DNA of 64,000 bases from Camelus ferus (lineage: Eukaryota): the NCBI RefSeq assembly GCF_009834535.1, contig NC_045697.1:61692001-61756000 (forward strand), given 5' to 3'. Within the stretch, counting starts at the first letter, position 1. Each line of letters starts with the position of its first letter. The notes under the pieces are model-generated. The model worked only from the letters and a program-made list of their open reading frames with translations, had not been told where the DNA came from and did not search any database. This document shows, piece by piece, positions 37,215 through 50,535 of the stretch. Position numbers and translations under genes: made by a program.

Positions 37215-37378
37215 AGCTTTAAAGTAAGGTGCAAGAGAAGCACTTTTACCTCAATTTTAAAGATGAAGATGCTGTGACACAGTAATTGCTCAAGATTCCA
37301 TGGACAGAAAATGAAAGAACCAAAATCTGAACCTAGGTCTTTCTAACTCCAAAGCCCATGTCCTTTTGCGCTGCCTCT
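37215..37378 (-). mobile_element. MIR SINE fragment
   Basis: 'ctcaattttaaagatgaaga', 'tctgaacctaggtctttctaactccaaagcccatg'. Confidence 0.7.
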
Positions 37379-37399
37379 TTAGAAATGACATTGATACAT

Positions 37400-37822
37400 G
37401 ACCTTTTTACCTTAGTCTAGCCTATGACTCTTCATGACACAGCTCTAAAATATACCTTCAGTCTCATCTTCCAGGGTATCCTGAAGATGTTCCAGCCAAG
37501 TGACTTTATGCTGTTCCCTGACTGTCCTTGTGATTCCTCCCATATCCACTGTCATCTATGAACACCTGACTCATCATTCAGTGCCCATATGCCTCCTTTT
37601 CCACAAAGCCCTTCCCAATATCCAGGCACCTTTTCACCATCTGACCACTCTCATAGCATTACTGAGGTACTGACTTTTGACACACTTTCTTATATCCTAT
37701 TTATTTGTATATGGAACATATTCACTATTAAATCATAAGCTTGTTGGAAATAGTAATTAATTATATTCCACCTTTATTCTCCATTATGACAACATCTTTC
37801 AAAATTAATGAATGATGAATGC
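37400..37822 (+). mobile_element. L2 LINE 3' region
   Basis: 'gactcatcattcagtgcccat', 'ccacaaagcccttccca', 'cactattaaatcataagcttgttgg', TGAA tail. Confidence 0.6.
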
Positions 37823-40629
37823 TAATAGCTTTTTTTGATTTTCCAATTTGTATCTGTAAGGCAAAGGAAGATTCAACCTATAAAGTAATCGTATATGACC
37901 ACTCCTAGACTTTTTTTAGAAAATCTTTGATAATATCATTTGGCCTGAATCCTCCAAAATAAATTCTGGCACACTGACAAGGCCTTGAGTTCCCTGAGAC
38001 TTAATGGCAATGTAATCACTGGTGTAGTCAATGATATGTATAAAAATGGTACTACAAGAATGACAAGAGGTAAACTTCTGCCAAGAAAACTTCAATAGGT
38101 GAACACCTAGATGAATCTATACACATATAAACCTAATAGAACTAAGGTCATATTTGAGTCTAACTTGTATTAATCTTCTTAAAATGTTGTCAAAATGAAT
38201 CTCAGTCTGAATCTCTGAAAACCACATCATCAAGCAGACACACGTCATCAGAGCTAATTAATTCAATTGAAATTCGCAGTATGTAATATGTGGACATTCT
38301 CTAAATCATCCCACTTGTACCAACGTTTCCCTTAACTAGCATTAAACAAATAAAAAATATAAATATTTCTCTGCATAGTTTGGCAAACTGTGTTTTCATC
38401 TTTTTATTAACAAGAAACAGAGATCTAATGGGTCGGAGGTTGTCAGTAAATTTAAATCTATTTCTGTTAAGGATTTACTAAAGCAAGTCTGGTTATCATG
38501 TCAGGAAGGGAAGCTATTTGCAGAAACACTTATGTTTTCCGAGAAAGAGTCTCATGTTGTTTCCAGAGTTGCTGATCCACTACCCAGTAACTTTGTTAGA
38601 ATAGGTTTTCTTTTGGTAAAAGAAAGATCCTTTTTGACATCATATCTCACCACCACCCCTCATTTGTTGAATCTCCTCAATGAAAACAGCAAAAATAAGT
38701 CCATTTATTCACAAACTATTTATGTGGCAGGCACCATGCTAACACTGAAATGTGTGTATGAATTGTAGCCCTTGATATCTTTCGGGAGAAGAGCAAAATA
38801 GCCTCATGTTCCCATCTGGAGTGTTTCATCTTCCTGCACAAGGAACTCCTGTCTCTAAGTGACATTGTGAGTCAGCACCACCCGCCCCAGCATAGAGCTC
38901 CTTTGTCACCTGCAGGTTATTCCCAAGGGAAGCAGTCCTAGTTCCTCTCTCATCCTGCTTCGTAGAAGGAAGGCCCAAAGATGCCTCTAACTGAGGCTTT
39001 CGTAGCCCTAGACCATCTCCACAAGCAGTGTGTGGCATGGTTCATGGCTTAACAAGTAAAGACATTGAAGTTCAGCTCCACTTCCCTGTGACTCTGTGTA
39101 AATCAAAATTGGGTCATAAGTGCTGCCTCCTATAAAAAGCAATAGGTCAAGAAAACCATTTCATAACTTAATGTGAAGAAATAGTCAGACCCATGTTACC
39201 ATGGCATTTATGAGAAAGGGGAACAGAAAGAAAACAGCATAAAAAGTGCAAGGCAAGATTCTTATTAAAACAGAAGAGATTCTTGTGCCAACATGTTTTC
39301 ATCGGAAAAAAAAAATGGTTTTTAATCATGTTTTTCCCTAAGAGAAGGAAGCACTAGAACATCCCTATGTGAACATTCCCTGGATGAGGGATGTATTCAC
39401 TTGAGGTCAATCACAATTTGTAGGAGCAGAATTCTTACCCTCTGCCACCTTATCTGAGTGAAATCAGGTTAAAATGAATGTCTGAAGCAGGCTTGAAGAG
39501 TAGTACAATGTGTAAGAAGAGACCTTTATTTGCAGCTTGCAGAAGCAAAGGTGTACCACGTGATTTGACTAGGTCAAGCTTTACAAATTGATCAGATGCT
39601 TATAGGGGCCATAGATAAGTAATGGAAAGTGGGTAGGGAGTGCATGCCTAAATTCAACTTTATAAATCAGTCTGGAAGATACATACCTCACCTGAGGCCC
39701 TGGTTTAGGATCACTGGAGTACATGACTTTCTGCAGAGGAGGATAAATGGGCTTGAACTTAGAGTCTTCACAGAACAAGTTGAAAAGTAACCTACTTCCC
39801 TCTAACAGCATACCTTTAGTGGGTTGATCTCTGTAAGTCCTGGGACCTCTAAAATCCTGGACCCTGGAGAACTTTTTGCATTGATTTGCTTTCCCCCATA
39901 GAGAGAAGACTTTATTTTGGCATTTCTGATGTCATCCTACAAGTACTTATAAATATGCAAATCTTAAATACTGCTGGACACCAATATTCCATGGCTCAGT
40001 CTTACAAAGGCTGAGCCATTATCCTCACTGTGCTCACTGACAGTCTTATCTCAGGGGACCGTTTAGATGTGTTCTCTGCTGAGAACAAGACTCCTCCATA
40101 CCCAGGGAGCTGGCACATAAACGTGTGACTAGTCTCAAAAGTCTTGGATAGGAGAGAATCCGTGGATTTGAGTGAACAATTTTCTTCTAGGCCTCATTCT
40201 AGACCTTTAGGCTACATTTTGCTCTTTATTACAGCCTCCTTAAAACTCTGCTCTGCTGGGATTGTTTCATTTGTTTGTTTTTCTGGATTTCTTCTTTCTT
40301 CTTGGTCCTTCTGTGAATCCCTCATAAGATGTTTTTCCTCTAACTACCTATTAAACATTATGGTTCCCCAGGGTTCTGTTCTCAGTCCACAGCTATTCTG
40401 CACTCTTCCTACGTGAAAGGAAGGAAAAAATGATGAGTCTGTACAAGAAGGTGAAAAATCTGTTTCCAGGAAGAGAGAGAGGGCTAACAATGTCCAAAGC
40501 TCATAATAGGAAAACTGCCCAATGGTGTGAAAAGCAAAGGCGTGAGATTCCTGGAAGTAGCACAGCAACTGGGATCATGAAGGCTGTGCATTCCGACATC
40601 TGCTATAAAAGTTATAGTCACAGTGCTAC

Positions 40630-40860
40630 CATGGATTGAGTCACTACCCATGACAAGCATTTAACATGCATTTTTATGTGTTATCAGATCATGTAACTAC
40701 CAATTCAACCAGACTTTATCCCCACTTACTCTGCAAAGGAACCTGAGACTCTTGAGATGTTAAGAAGTTTCACTAAGTAAGCCCTTTGGGTACAGTGGAT
40801 AAGAGGGATGCATTTCGTGGCCTGGCTAAATCCAAAGCTGATTCTCCACATTACGCCCTG
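40630..40860 (-). mobile_element. MIR SINE
   Basis: 'attgagtcactacccatg', 'ctttatccccactt...aaggaacctgagactc..gagatgttaag'. Confidence 0.55.
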
Positions 40861-42289
40861 ACAATCTCTCTGATGGTAAGAATTAATCTGTCTGGCTCAG
40901 CAGGTGAAATCTCTAGCAAGTGCTATCTCTGTGACTCCAGGGGATTTCAGTAATAAGATTTTGGGGAGCAGCATTATTAATTTTGAAAGGAGGCAAGTCT
41001 TTTTCTTCTCATACTTTTACCCTTCTATCCTCTCCTATCTTTGGTAAAATCCCTTTACCTCAGTGAAGAGAGTTGATAATATTATTGGTCAAAACATAGA
41101 ACTTTTATTGAACCAGGTTTTAAAAGTGACCTGGTTAACTCTGCTTTGCAATTTGATAAATTCTGATTATATTTCTCTTTTGCACCCCTGCTTCCATGTG
41201 ATAAATTTGTCTAAGAATGGCTTGCTATCTAGATTTGGGCAAAGTTATGGAAAGCTTGAGCCTAAGTAAGCAATGCTGGCTGATCCAAAAGAGAACTTTG
41301 TCTGGACTTGGGTATTGTTTCTTACACTTGTAGATTTTTGATAGGAAATCTCCAAGAGAGATGGGAGGTGGTAAAATTCCAAAGGCCTAAGAATGCCTAA
41401 GAATGTTGATGCTGTGTTAACACATATTTTTAAATAACAGCATGAGTTTATAAACATGGAAATGAAGCAAGCCAGCTACAGTTGACAGGGGAGAGCAATT
41501 CTACACTGTTTCATTATGGATTTTCATATTCTAAGCCTGACATGGATTAGAAATCAGTCAAGCTATTTAAGAGTGTCCCCCTCCACCTCAAAGTAGCCAC
41601 AATCCTTCTACTTTCCATGAGCTCTTTCCCCTGCTATACCTCTCTTCATAGGAAACTGCTGCTTGCTTCCCCTGCCAATAGGGAAGAAAGAAAGCTTGGC
41701 AGACAGTGGCAGTTTTTACTGTCTTCCTCCAGCTACCCCAGAGCCCGCAAGGGCCTGCTGAGTTTCTTGCACAACCACAAATTAGTATTACCCAGCCTTG
41801 AGGCAGGCAGACACACAGGGGAACCTGGGAAGGGAGGCACAGTGTTTCTGCTGCAGCAGTCAGGAGTTACAGTTTACCTGGTAAGAGTGTATCCACCTGG
41901 GACAAAGAGAGCACAGACTGCCATTAGCACTGGACTGTCCGCAGCCAGAGTTCCAGCGCTGCACTGCTAAGTCCAGATGAACACCACAAAACAGCAGTCC
42001 CTTTGACTATTATAATATGTACAACACCAAGAAAAAGGCTTCTTCAAAATAGATTTCTATTAAGGATCTTGTTACCTGGATTTATCTACTTTAACACTAG
42101 GGTTTTGACAGGTAGGTAGGATTCATACATTCCAGACACCTACATGTAACCAAAATGTCAAACTAGCAGTCAGTTTTCACTGACTAAGAAACAACGGATA
42201 GGAAAATCCAGTTTTCAAAGTCGATGACCAAGAACAGGTCTGATAACTCCAGATGGTATCTTGAAAATAAATAAACAATTAAATAAATA

Positions 42290-43820
42290 AATAGTTAGGA
42301 AAGGAAAGGTGGAAAAAAGATTTGGAGAGGATTTCTTTGGATAAAGCATGGTACTGTGAGCTCCACTCTACTGCCCCCAAGGAAATGGACTTGGTAAGAA
42401 GGCTATTTCTTCTCTTACCTCGAGTCTGGTGAGAGGGTGTTCAAGGGAAACCTCTTGGAGAGTTTGAGATGTGCTCCCTGGAGTTTGGGGTGTACATGAG
42501 GGTGTCAGGTACAAGCCCGGGAATGCCTAGAAGAGGCTGGCTGAAGTAGCCTGTGTCAGCAGAGCAGAAGGCTTGTCTAAGCAGTAACTGCACAGGACCG
42601 GATGATGGCCAGCCAAAATGTGTCTATTATTTCCCTAGTGCTCTCATAACAAACTACCACAAGCTTCGTTGCTTAAAGCAACAGAAATTTATTCACTTAC
42701 AGTTCTGAAAGCCAGAAGCCCAAAATCGAGTTGTCAGTAAGGCTGTGTTTTCTCAAAAGCCTCTAGGGAGAATCCTTCTATGCCTCTGACAGTTTCCAGC
42801 AACGCCAGACATTCCTTGGCTTGTGGCTGCCTAACTCCAATCTCTACCTCAGTCTTCACCTGGCCTTCTCCTCTGTGTTTCTTTTCCCTCTACCTTTATT
42901 TTATAAGGACATCTGTCCCCTAATAACCCAGGATGATCATGTACCAAGATCCTTAACTTAATTACATCTGGAAAGACCCTTTTTTCCAAATAAGAACATT
43001 CACAGATTCCAGGGGTTAGAATGTGGAATATCTAAAAAGACCCCCAAAAGGGGGTCACCATTCAACATTGGCCCATATGACGACTCTGCAGGAGTAAAAT
43101 CTAAGCTGATTTTAAAGAAATCTTGACAAAACAGTTTCAGCCAGACTGCAGAGACAAAAATGGAGGGTCTTTGTAGAAGGGTACCCAGAAAACCAGAGAT
43201 AGAAAGTCAGAAGCAAGTGACTGGAGAGAAGTGCTGACTATGTTATAGGAGTGGTCAGTGACTGGCTTAGACAGAGTTTCCAAAAACACTTACAGAGGCA
43301 CCCAGGAGAGAAAGAGGTGAGCCAGGCCAGCAAGAAAAATGCCAGTTGCTAACATCCTAGTCAGTGAGATTTTCCTGGATCCCATTCTGCTTTCTCCCTC
43401 CCTTGCTACAAACTGCCTGAGGAGACCAGAATCCTCAGTCAACAAGTTGAAAGAAGAGAACTGAGAGTGAGACAAAGGACCAAACCCCTTTTCCAAAGGC
43501 AAAAGGCATCATTTGCAGCTGGTTCTCCCTGGAGAAGGGGTTCAGAAGTCTTATCTTTGAATGAAGACTGAAGAGTTAATCATGTGGGATTAGAAATTCT
43601 AATTCTAAGCCATGGCTGTGTTTTCCATCTTAAACTGATCACAGGATTTTACATTATGTAAGAATATTTAGAAAAATTCCGCAGCTTCCTAGAATCTCAT
43701 CCAGAAGCCCAGCAAGACTTTTCCTCACTGAATACATTGTAAAGAAGCGGGGGAAATTAAAACAATTGAGTTTTGACCATCTTCTACTAGTTTTCTTTGG
43801 TCAAGGTACTAGTTAACTTC
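42290..43820. mobile_element. Possible ancient LTR (Gypsy/ERV-like) hosting the MLT1C insertion
   Basis: About 1.1 kb of GC-richer, purine-skewed sequence on both sides of the MLT1C; resemblance to ancient eutherian LTRs is only impressionistic. Confidence 0.25.
42623..43068 (-). mobile_element. MaLR solo LTR, MLT1C-like
   Basis: 'ataacaaactaccacaa...cttaaagcaacagaaatttatt...acagttctg', 'ctctagggagaatccttc', 'caagatccttaacttaattacatctggaaagaccc...tttccaaataag'. Confidence 0.92.
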
Positions 43821-45109
43821 ATAAAAAAAATATCTGAAAGGTTTCCCTGATTCAGAACTTTATTAAGATGACAAATGATATTGATTTGCTTCTTGGTGAC
43901 AATTACCACCCCAGTTTGGAAAAAGAAAATGAGAATTGGATTCAGTTTGCTCTCCAGACCAATATATAAATGAGCTCCACAGCATATTCAAGGGGCTCTG
44001 ATATCAACCTCCAATTCATCTTCATGGGAAGATACACATTAATTAAGATACACCTTAATTGGCTTCATCCTGGGTCCTCTCCTCTCTATCACAGGCTGAC
44101 ACTATCTAGTACTGGAGGTACCAGTAGTGATCTGTACTGGAAGCTGCTTTTTGGTTCTGGTTCCCTAAGTCTGTCTTAATCTTATACACTTGACTGAGCA
44201 AATTTTTAAAAAGTCTTTGTCAAGCAATTTCGAAATGACACATTTTTCCCCTCTAATACTCAGCAAAAGGCAAATTCATGCTACTATTCCTGTATCCCTG
44301 GGCAATCTGTGCTGGGCGGTACGTGCATATCTCTGCAGTCACTTAACCAGTGCATTCTCTCTGTAGGGGGGCAGAACTCTCCTCCACACTGTGGTAAGGG
44401 ACAGTGAGCTTATAACACATTTTTGCAGAAATAATCACTTTTCATTTTGAATGAAATATCAAAATATATCTCCCATTATGCTAAAATATGGATACCATGA
44501 TACTTTCTACCCGATAAATGTGTCCCAGGCAGAAGCTTAACTTGGAAGAATTTCAAGAAAATGTTCACACAATAACTTTCTACCCAGTATCATTAGATCA
44601 TATTTCTTTAAACAACTGTGAAAATTCAAATGGCAAACAGTGACAAACAAACAAAACAAAAGATGCTATCATTTCATACAATACCTGGTATCAAAGACTT
44701 GCTGGAAGTTCAAAGTTAGGGAATATGGAAAGCTTGAGATATAAACACATGGGGAGTTTTATTTCAATAAGCCTTTAAAAATACATTAAGAGCTTCCTCT
44801 AAGTATTAAAACACAGGCTTCTAGGAAGATTGCACTTGATGACATCTGTCAGTCAGTGACTTGCTGTACATTACTGTCCAGAAAGAAGAGGAACATTAAA
44901 CTATTTTCCAATTGATTTACTATAACATGAAAAAGAAGAATAATTTGGTCATTAATCAATAATTAATTTTAAAAATATCCCTTGTGCAAATGGAGCCTAT
45001 ATATCAGAACCTTGCGGCGCTTTATGTGTGGTACTCTCAGTGTCCATACAAAGTCAACAAGATCAATTAATAATGTGCCCTTTCTACCTCCAAGAGTCAT
45101 ACTGGCTAA

Positions 45110-45235
45110 CAGTTCTAAAGCCTCACTCTGCATCAGGCACACGCTAAGTGTTCTAAAATGCTCTGTTTTATTTAATCCTCCCAGTCATCCAAGAAAGTAA
45201 GGTTCCCAAATTCACACAACCAGACAGGGGCAGAA
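45110..45235 (-). mobile_element. MIR SINE fragment
   Basis: 'ctctgcatcaggcacacgctaagtgttcta...tttatttaatcctcccagtcatcc'. Confidence 0.6.
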
Positions 45236-45957
45236 TCACTAAAGATTTCTCCTTTTCCCCTAAATCCCGGTCAAGGGCACCCAAGTTCATTGCTCAATTT
45301 ACTAAACCATTACCTCTTGGAAAAAAACAAAAAGGAGGCATCAATTTATTTTTAAAGAAAGCGATTATTTCTCCAAAGGAAAATTAATTACCCTCCAAGT
45401 ACTACCATCTGTTTTAACGCTTTCAAGCCTAAACTTTGGAGAGACACAGTAACTTTAAAATGTCCCCAACAGTAGAGCCCAAATGACCTCTGTCATTAAG
45501 AAAGCAGAGCACAATCATCCTGCATCAAGAAACTAACTATGAAAGTGATGTTGTACGTGGGGTCAGGAAGTTGCCTTAAGAATATGAGAAAAGATCGCCC
45601 AACACCCAGCATAGCTAAATTTCTATCTAGAGGAGGTCAAAACATTGTGGGGTTGAATGGCCCCACATGATGCTGCAGAGATGTCACAACCAGAAGAGAA
45701 TAGTCAATGACAATGGATTCCAGAAAAGTAATTTGTGAGATGTTTCCATCTCATAGGAAAAAAAGTTTACTTACAAAGTTTCATCATGTATTTACTATAT
45801 ACAATCATGCTAGTTAGAGACCATGATGAACCAGAAAGCAACCTTGACCCTAAGAGGCTCATAGGTTACTGAGGGAAATGGACAACTAAGCAATAAACTG
45901 TGATAAATCCTGGGAAAGAGATGTCTATGTGACACATGTGACACTTTCCAACCAATA

Positions 45958-46335
45958 ATAATAATATTGGCTACTATTTATTGAATAGTTGCTATATATC
46001 CAGTTCTCTGCTATGCATTCTTCATGTATTTTCTCCCCCAAATCAATTTAACCCCCCAAATCAATCCTGTGAAATAAGAATTATTATTGTATTTCACAGA
46101 TGTGAAAGCAAAGACTCAAAGAGGTTAATACATTCAAGATAATGCCAGCTTGTACATGTTCTGCTGTGCTTGATTTAAACAGCTACTCCTAGTTTTAAAA
46201 GGGTACAGAGATATATTTGAAAGCAGATGATCATGACTTTGGTCAAAATCAACTATGATAATGTTTACAAGCCTTAGATAGAGCTGATATTTGACCTCAT
46301 ATCTGTCTGACTCAGATCCGGGTTTCTTAACCTCC
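45958..46335 (-). mobile_element. MIR SINE, interrupted around 46130-46270
   Basis: 'aataataatattggctactatttattgaatagttgctat', 'tttcacagatgtgaaagcaaagactcaaagaggttaa', resumes 'gagctgatatttgacctcatatctgtctgactc'. Confidence 0.75.
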
Positions 46336-46409
46336 AAAATCTATATGAGTTTACTTTATACCCAATGTTTGGAAATGTTTTATTAAGTTATATTAAAATT
46401 ATTCAAAAT

Positions 46410-46850
46410 TTATCAGACTCTCCTTATTTTTCATGACCCCAACAGTCTGGAGGAGTACTGGTCATGTGTTCTATAAAATGTCCCTTAATTTTGAAGACTC
46501 TTATCTAAATTCCTACATAAGCTCAATGTGAAGCACTAACAGTGCACTTTTGGGTATTATCCAGATCCAAAGAATCTTGAAAAAGGAAGTATGCTAAAAT
46601 ATACTAAGAAATATATTTATGAAGGATAAGCACAGTGGAACTTTCTGGAGTGATAGAAATGGTCTGTATCTTGATAATGGGGACATGCATGCATGGAAAA
46701 GTTTGCTTCTCCAATGGTCTGGGTTAGTGAGTCAGAAACTATTCTGCACATTCTAAAACTTGAACAAATGAGTAAATATATGGAAGAAAATGGAAGTCAG
46801 GTTTCTCACAATTAGAGAAGTAAGTTATAAATAAAAGGAAGAACAGAAGA
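46410..46850. mobile_element. Old L1 (L1MC/L1ME-type) fragments of mixed orientation
   Basis: 'ggaggagtactggtcatgtgttctataaaatgtccctt' (reverse), 'ggaactttctggagtgatagaaatggtctgtatcttgat', 'gtcaggtttctcacaattagagaag'. Confidence 0.55.
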
Positions 46851-49800
46851 ATAGAGTACCTATAGAAGTTCCAAAGTCTGAACTGCAAGTGAAGGTCAAA
46901 CAGTCCTGACCCTTAGGTTGGATTCTACCTTCACTCTGTGTTGCTTGAAACTCACAATGTTGATCTCACAGCATATTTTGCTTGTTTGGTTGGTTTTTTG
47001 TTTGTTTTAATTAATTGGAAATGCATTTTAAAAGGTGACTCTTTGTTTGAGCTGAGCAACAGTGTCTGGGTTTCAATATGCAAAAGAAGTCATAGTGCCC
47101 CCAGCCTGTGTGCTCCACTCAGCATTTGGCATTTACTCAGCACCTACTGTTGCCTTTTCTAGACATGCCAGGAGCTCACCTATTTACTTAAGTTCTCTAT
47201 TTACACCCAATTCCTTTTTCAGTGTGTTATCTTCCTGTCCTTAGTTAAGTCATTTAGTTAGTAACCCCTAGGAAAAGCTTAAATATTACTAAATAGTTAA
47301 ACCTTAGCTAAATGAGCAAATTGCCTTTAAAATGAGATGATAATGGGAGAACAGTGACCACCCTAGAGAAGAGAGGGAGTAAACCAACATAAGATATGTC
47401 TAGGCACTAACAATCTTTCCACAGATAGAAATGTATTTGTCTGTTACATGCCTCATTCTCCTTGGCCCTTGCCTGAACTCTTCACATCAGAAAAGGTCTC
47501 ACCAAGAAACTAGCATAAAGATAAAGCAAACAAGATTTTTTTACATGTCATTCATCCTTGCTAAGGAAAGTAAATAACAGAAAAAAAAATTTGGTCACTC
47601 AAGTGATTCTAATTTGCAGGAAAAGGATTTATATGAAGTCATGTTGCTTCTTGTGTTCTTTAAGGATCAGTAGGAATGGATTCTGTGACATCTCACTTGT
47701 AAAACCTCCCAGAGATAGGCCACTTGCTTATTGAGAGGTCTAATTTTTAAGAAGTTCCCACTCTTACCAACAGACCAGAAACTACCTTCTCTATACTCAA
47801 CCTTGGAATAAATGTGCTATGTAAGAGTTAGAAGAGAGGACGATTTTAAATCACAAGGGTTCTAAAGAGGATAAATCCGATAGAGAAAAGAAATGGCAGG
47901 AAATTCTTTGTGTTTCTAAATAAATCCATGTGTTTTTCTTTTGCCTGAATAACTAGAAGAGTTTCAGATATGCAAAGGAGATAGATCTGGGGAAGATAGA
48001 CTGGAGAGAGCTGAATTGGACTATACAATTGAGTGAGAATTCTGAGTTCCCAGAGGCAATCCAGAAGAAGAAGGTGACAAAAGCAACACAAAATGATAGA
48101 AGTGGGACCCTCAGCAGGTAGTGTGGCCAGTGAGAATGCCTGACAGTGAATTAAGAGCAATACTGACTAACTTCCAATAACACATTTTCAATAACTTAGT
48201 TCTGCTAGATACAAAGCTCTAATATCTTTGGTTGCCTTGATAAGGTTATCAAGAAGGGGCTGTGTGTCCATTAGGGTCAGTGGCAACAATGACAGGTCAG
48301 AGACAAGAAGTCAGTACAGGCAGGACATTGGAGTCAGGTGACCATCAAAACATAAGCCTTATAGGAACTGACAGAAGTCTTAGAAAAAGCAAAAGACTGT
48401 TCACAAAACAAAGAATGAGTCGATGAGCTAGTCTTGCCTAAAACCTAAGAGGCAAGGTGACACCACCTCACATCTCAGTTACAAATTTATTACTCACTCT
48501 ATGCAACTGGTAGAACTGAAGATTTATGAGCCTTATCAAGAGTTGAGATATTCTACAATTCTGACCATCTGCTTTCAAACATCTTTATGCACCCTCCTAG
48601 TTTTAAGCCTGAGTAGTTTGAAATCAAGCACAATAGTAAATCTCTAATGATCTACCACATTTAAATTATCATCCAGCCCATCCAATCAGTCCAATATGAA
48701 CCCAGCACTAAGCCTCAAGAGGCTCATATTAATACGATTAAGTAGTTAATTTTTCTAGGATGTGCACAGCTGTGGCCATTAATAATCTAACAGTCATCAT
48801 ACTGCAGTGTCTGGGAAAAATCAAAGCAGCAATATCTAAAAAAAAGTCAAGGAACTAAAAATTGAAAGCACAGAGAAAAATGCCACCAGCTGTAGACAGT
48901 AAAATCTATTCTACCTGACTAGCTACATGTCAAAGAATCAATGCCTGTCCCAAGAGATGAACATGAACTAGTGCGTGAAGAGCTGCATGTTCAAGATTAT
49001 TAAGGTTGCTAAGTGATAATTCACAAAACACTGAACACAGAGTCACAGTCTTGCTTTCCTCCCAACATTCCGTTCATGGAAAGGGACTTTGTCCTTGACT
49101 TACAAGTTCAAATCTCTACTTGCATGCTCTATACTTGTATCCAGCAGCATTTCACTCTTCTAACACATATACTTGTTCAATAAATATTTCTAGAATGCCT
49201 ACCATAAGACAGGCACTGTGTTAAGATACAATAGTAAATGCAGATCATTATCCCTGCCTTCAAGGAGCTTACAGACTAGTGGTAAACAGGCAATTACAGT
49301 TAGGGTGCTCTGATACTGATAAAGGAAGGAAGGTCATTTCAGAAAGAGGGATTAGTACAGAGAAACTATCTGCATTTCAGTGTGATTCATGCATACTGAC
49401 CATATGAATCATATCAACAAAGGTGGTGGCAGGAAATAAAGCTGGAGAGGCAGCCATGAACTTGACCATGAAGAGTTCTGAATATGAACCTAAAGATATT
49501 GGGCCTCATTGTGAAGCCAAAGGAGAGGCTACTTTGGAGTAAGAATTCATTGGAGAATGGCAGGGCTAGAAGGGAGAAAACCAGTTCCAAGGTGATCAAA
49601 TTAATTATAGGGGAGACTAATGTGGTAGAATGGCAATGGAAATAAAAGGACAGATAAGTAACAGGACTTGACTGGCTGGATAGGAGGGCAAGAAATTACA
49701 GAAAGAATCAAAGATAATTACCAGCTCACTGGTTTGAATAAGTAAAGATGCCATTTACTGAGCTATGGAAGGAGAAATAGGCTTGGAGGTGAGGGTGCAG

Positions 49801-49869
49801 TGACGAATGAGGAGAGAATTAGAGGTACATGACATAGAAGTAGAAATGTCCAGTAGGCAGCAGGATGCT

Positions 49870-50535
49870 TTGTTAACTAGAATCTTTTTTGTAAAGGGTG
49901 ACAGATATCAATCAAGCCAGCTTTAACAAAGTGCAGGCTTTGCTATAAATGTACTGTGATAGGGATGTAACTGTGTCTGAGCAACTAGAGGATTCAGAGG
50001 CCTAATGCCTTCAGTACTCCAGACATTTCTCAGCTTGTCCCTTTCTCTAAGTCTCTCATTTATTTTTTTTAACCTTTGAAAATTATTATTATTGAGATAT
50101 AATTCACAAAGAATAAATTTAATCATCTCTAATTTACAGACTGGCCACCTCTGTATATATTGTTTACATGAGAGCACACACAGTTGCCTGTAGCTCCCAA
50201 GCTTTCTACCTTACAATTCGAGGTTATGTATAAAATATTTAACAACCAATCAGAATTGATGCAGCCCTTACATGACACTGATGCATTCAACGTGACAATC
50301 ACCGAGATTCCAGCCCAGAATCTCAAAGAGAGGTTGTTCTGAGTCCTGGTCTCAAACCCCAAAATTTCAGGGCACAAATTTAGAGGCCAAGGTTGGATCA
50401 AGCACCCATCCCTGGACAAATTAGCTGAGGTACAGGAAAGGGTCACACAGTAACACAACTTCAACATATGGTTAGAAAGGGAGGGCCACTCCTAGAAAAT
50501 GGGTCCTCTTCAGGTAACTCCTTTGATGTTTACTA
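49870..50535 (-). mobile_element. Old MaLR LTR (MLT1K/L-like)
   Basis: 'gtgacaga...aagccagcttt', 'ggttggatcaagcacccatccctggacaaattagctgagg'. Confidence 0.6.
50059..50140 (-). mobile_element. Very short L1M 3' terminus
   Basis: 'ttattgagatataattcacaaagaataaattta' typical reverse L1MB end with T-rich tail. Confidence 0.6.
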
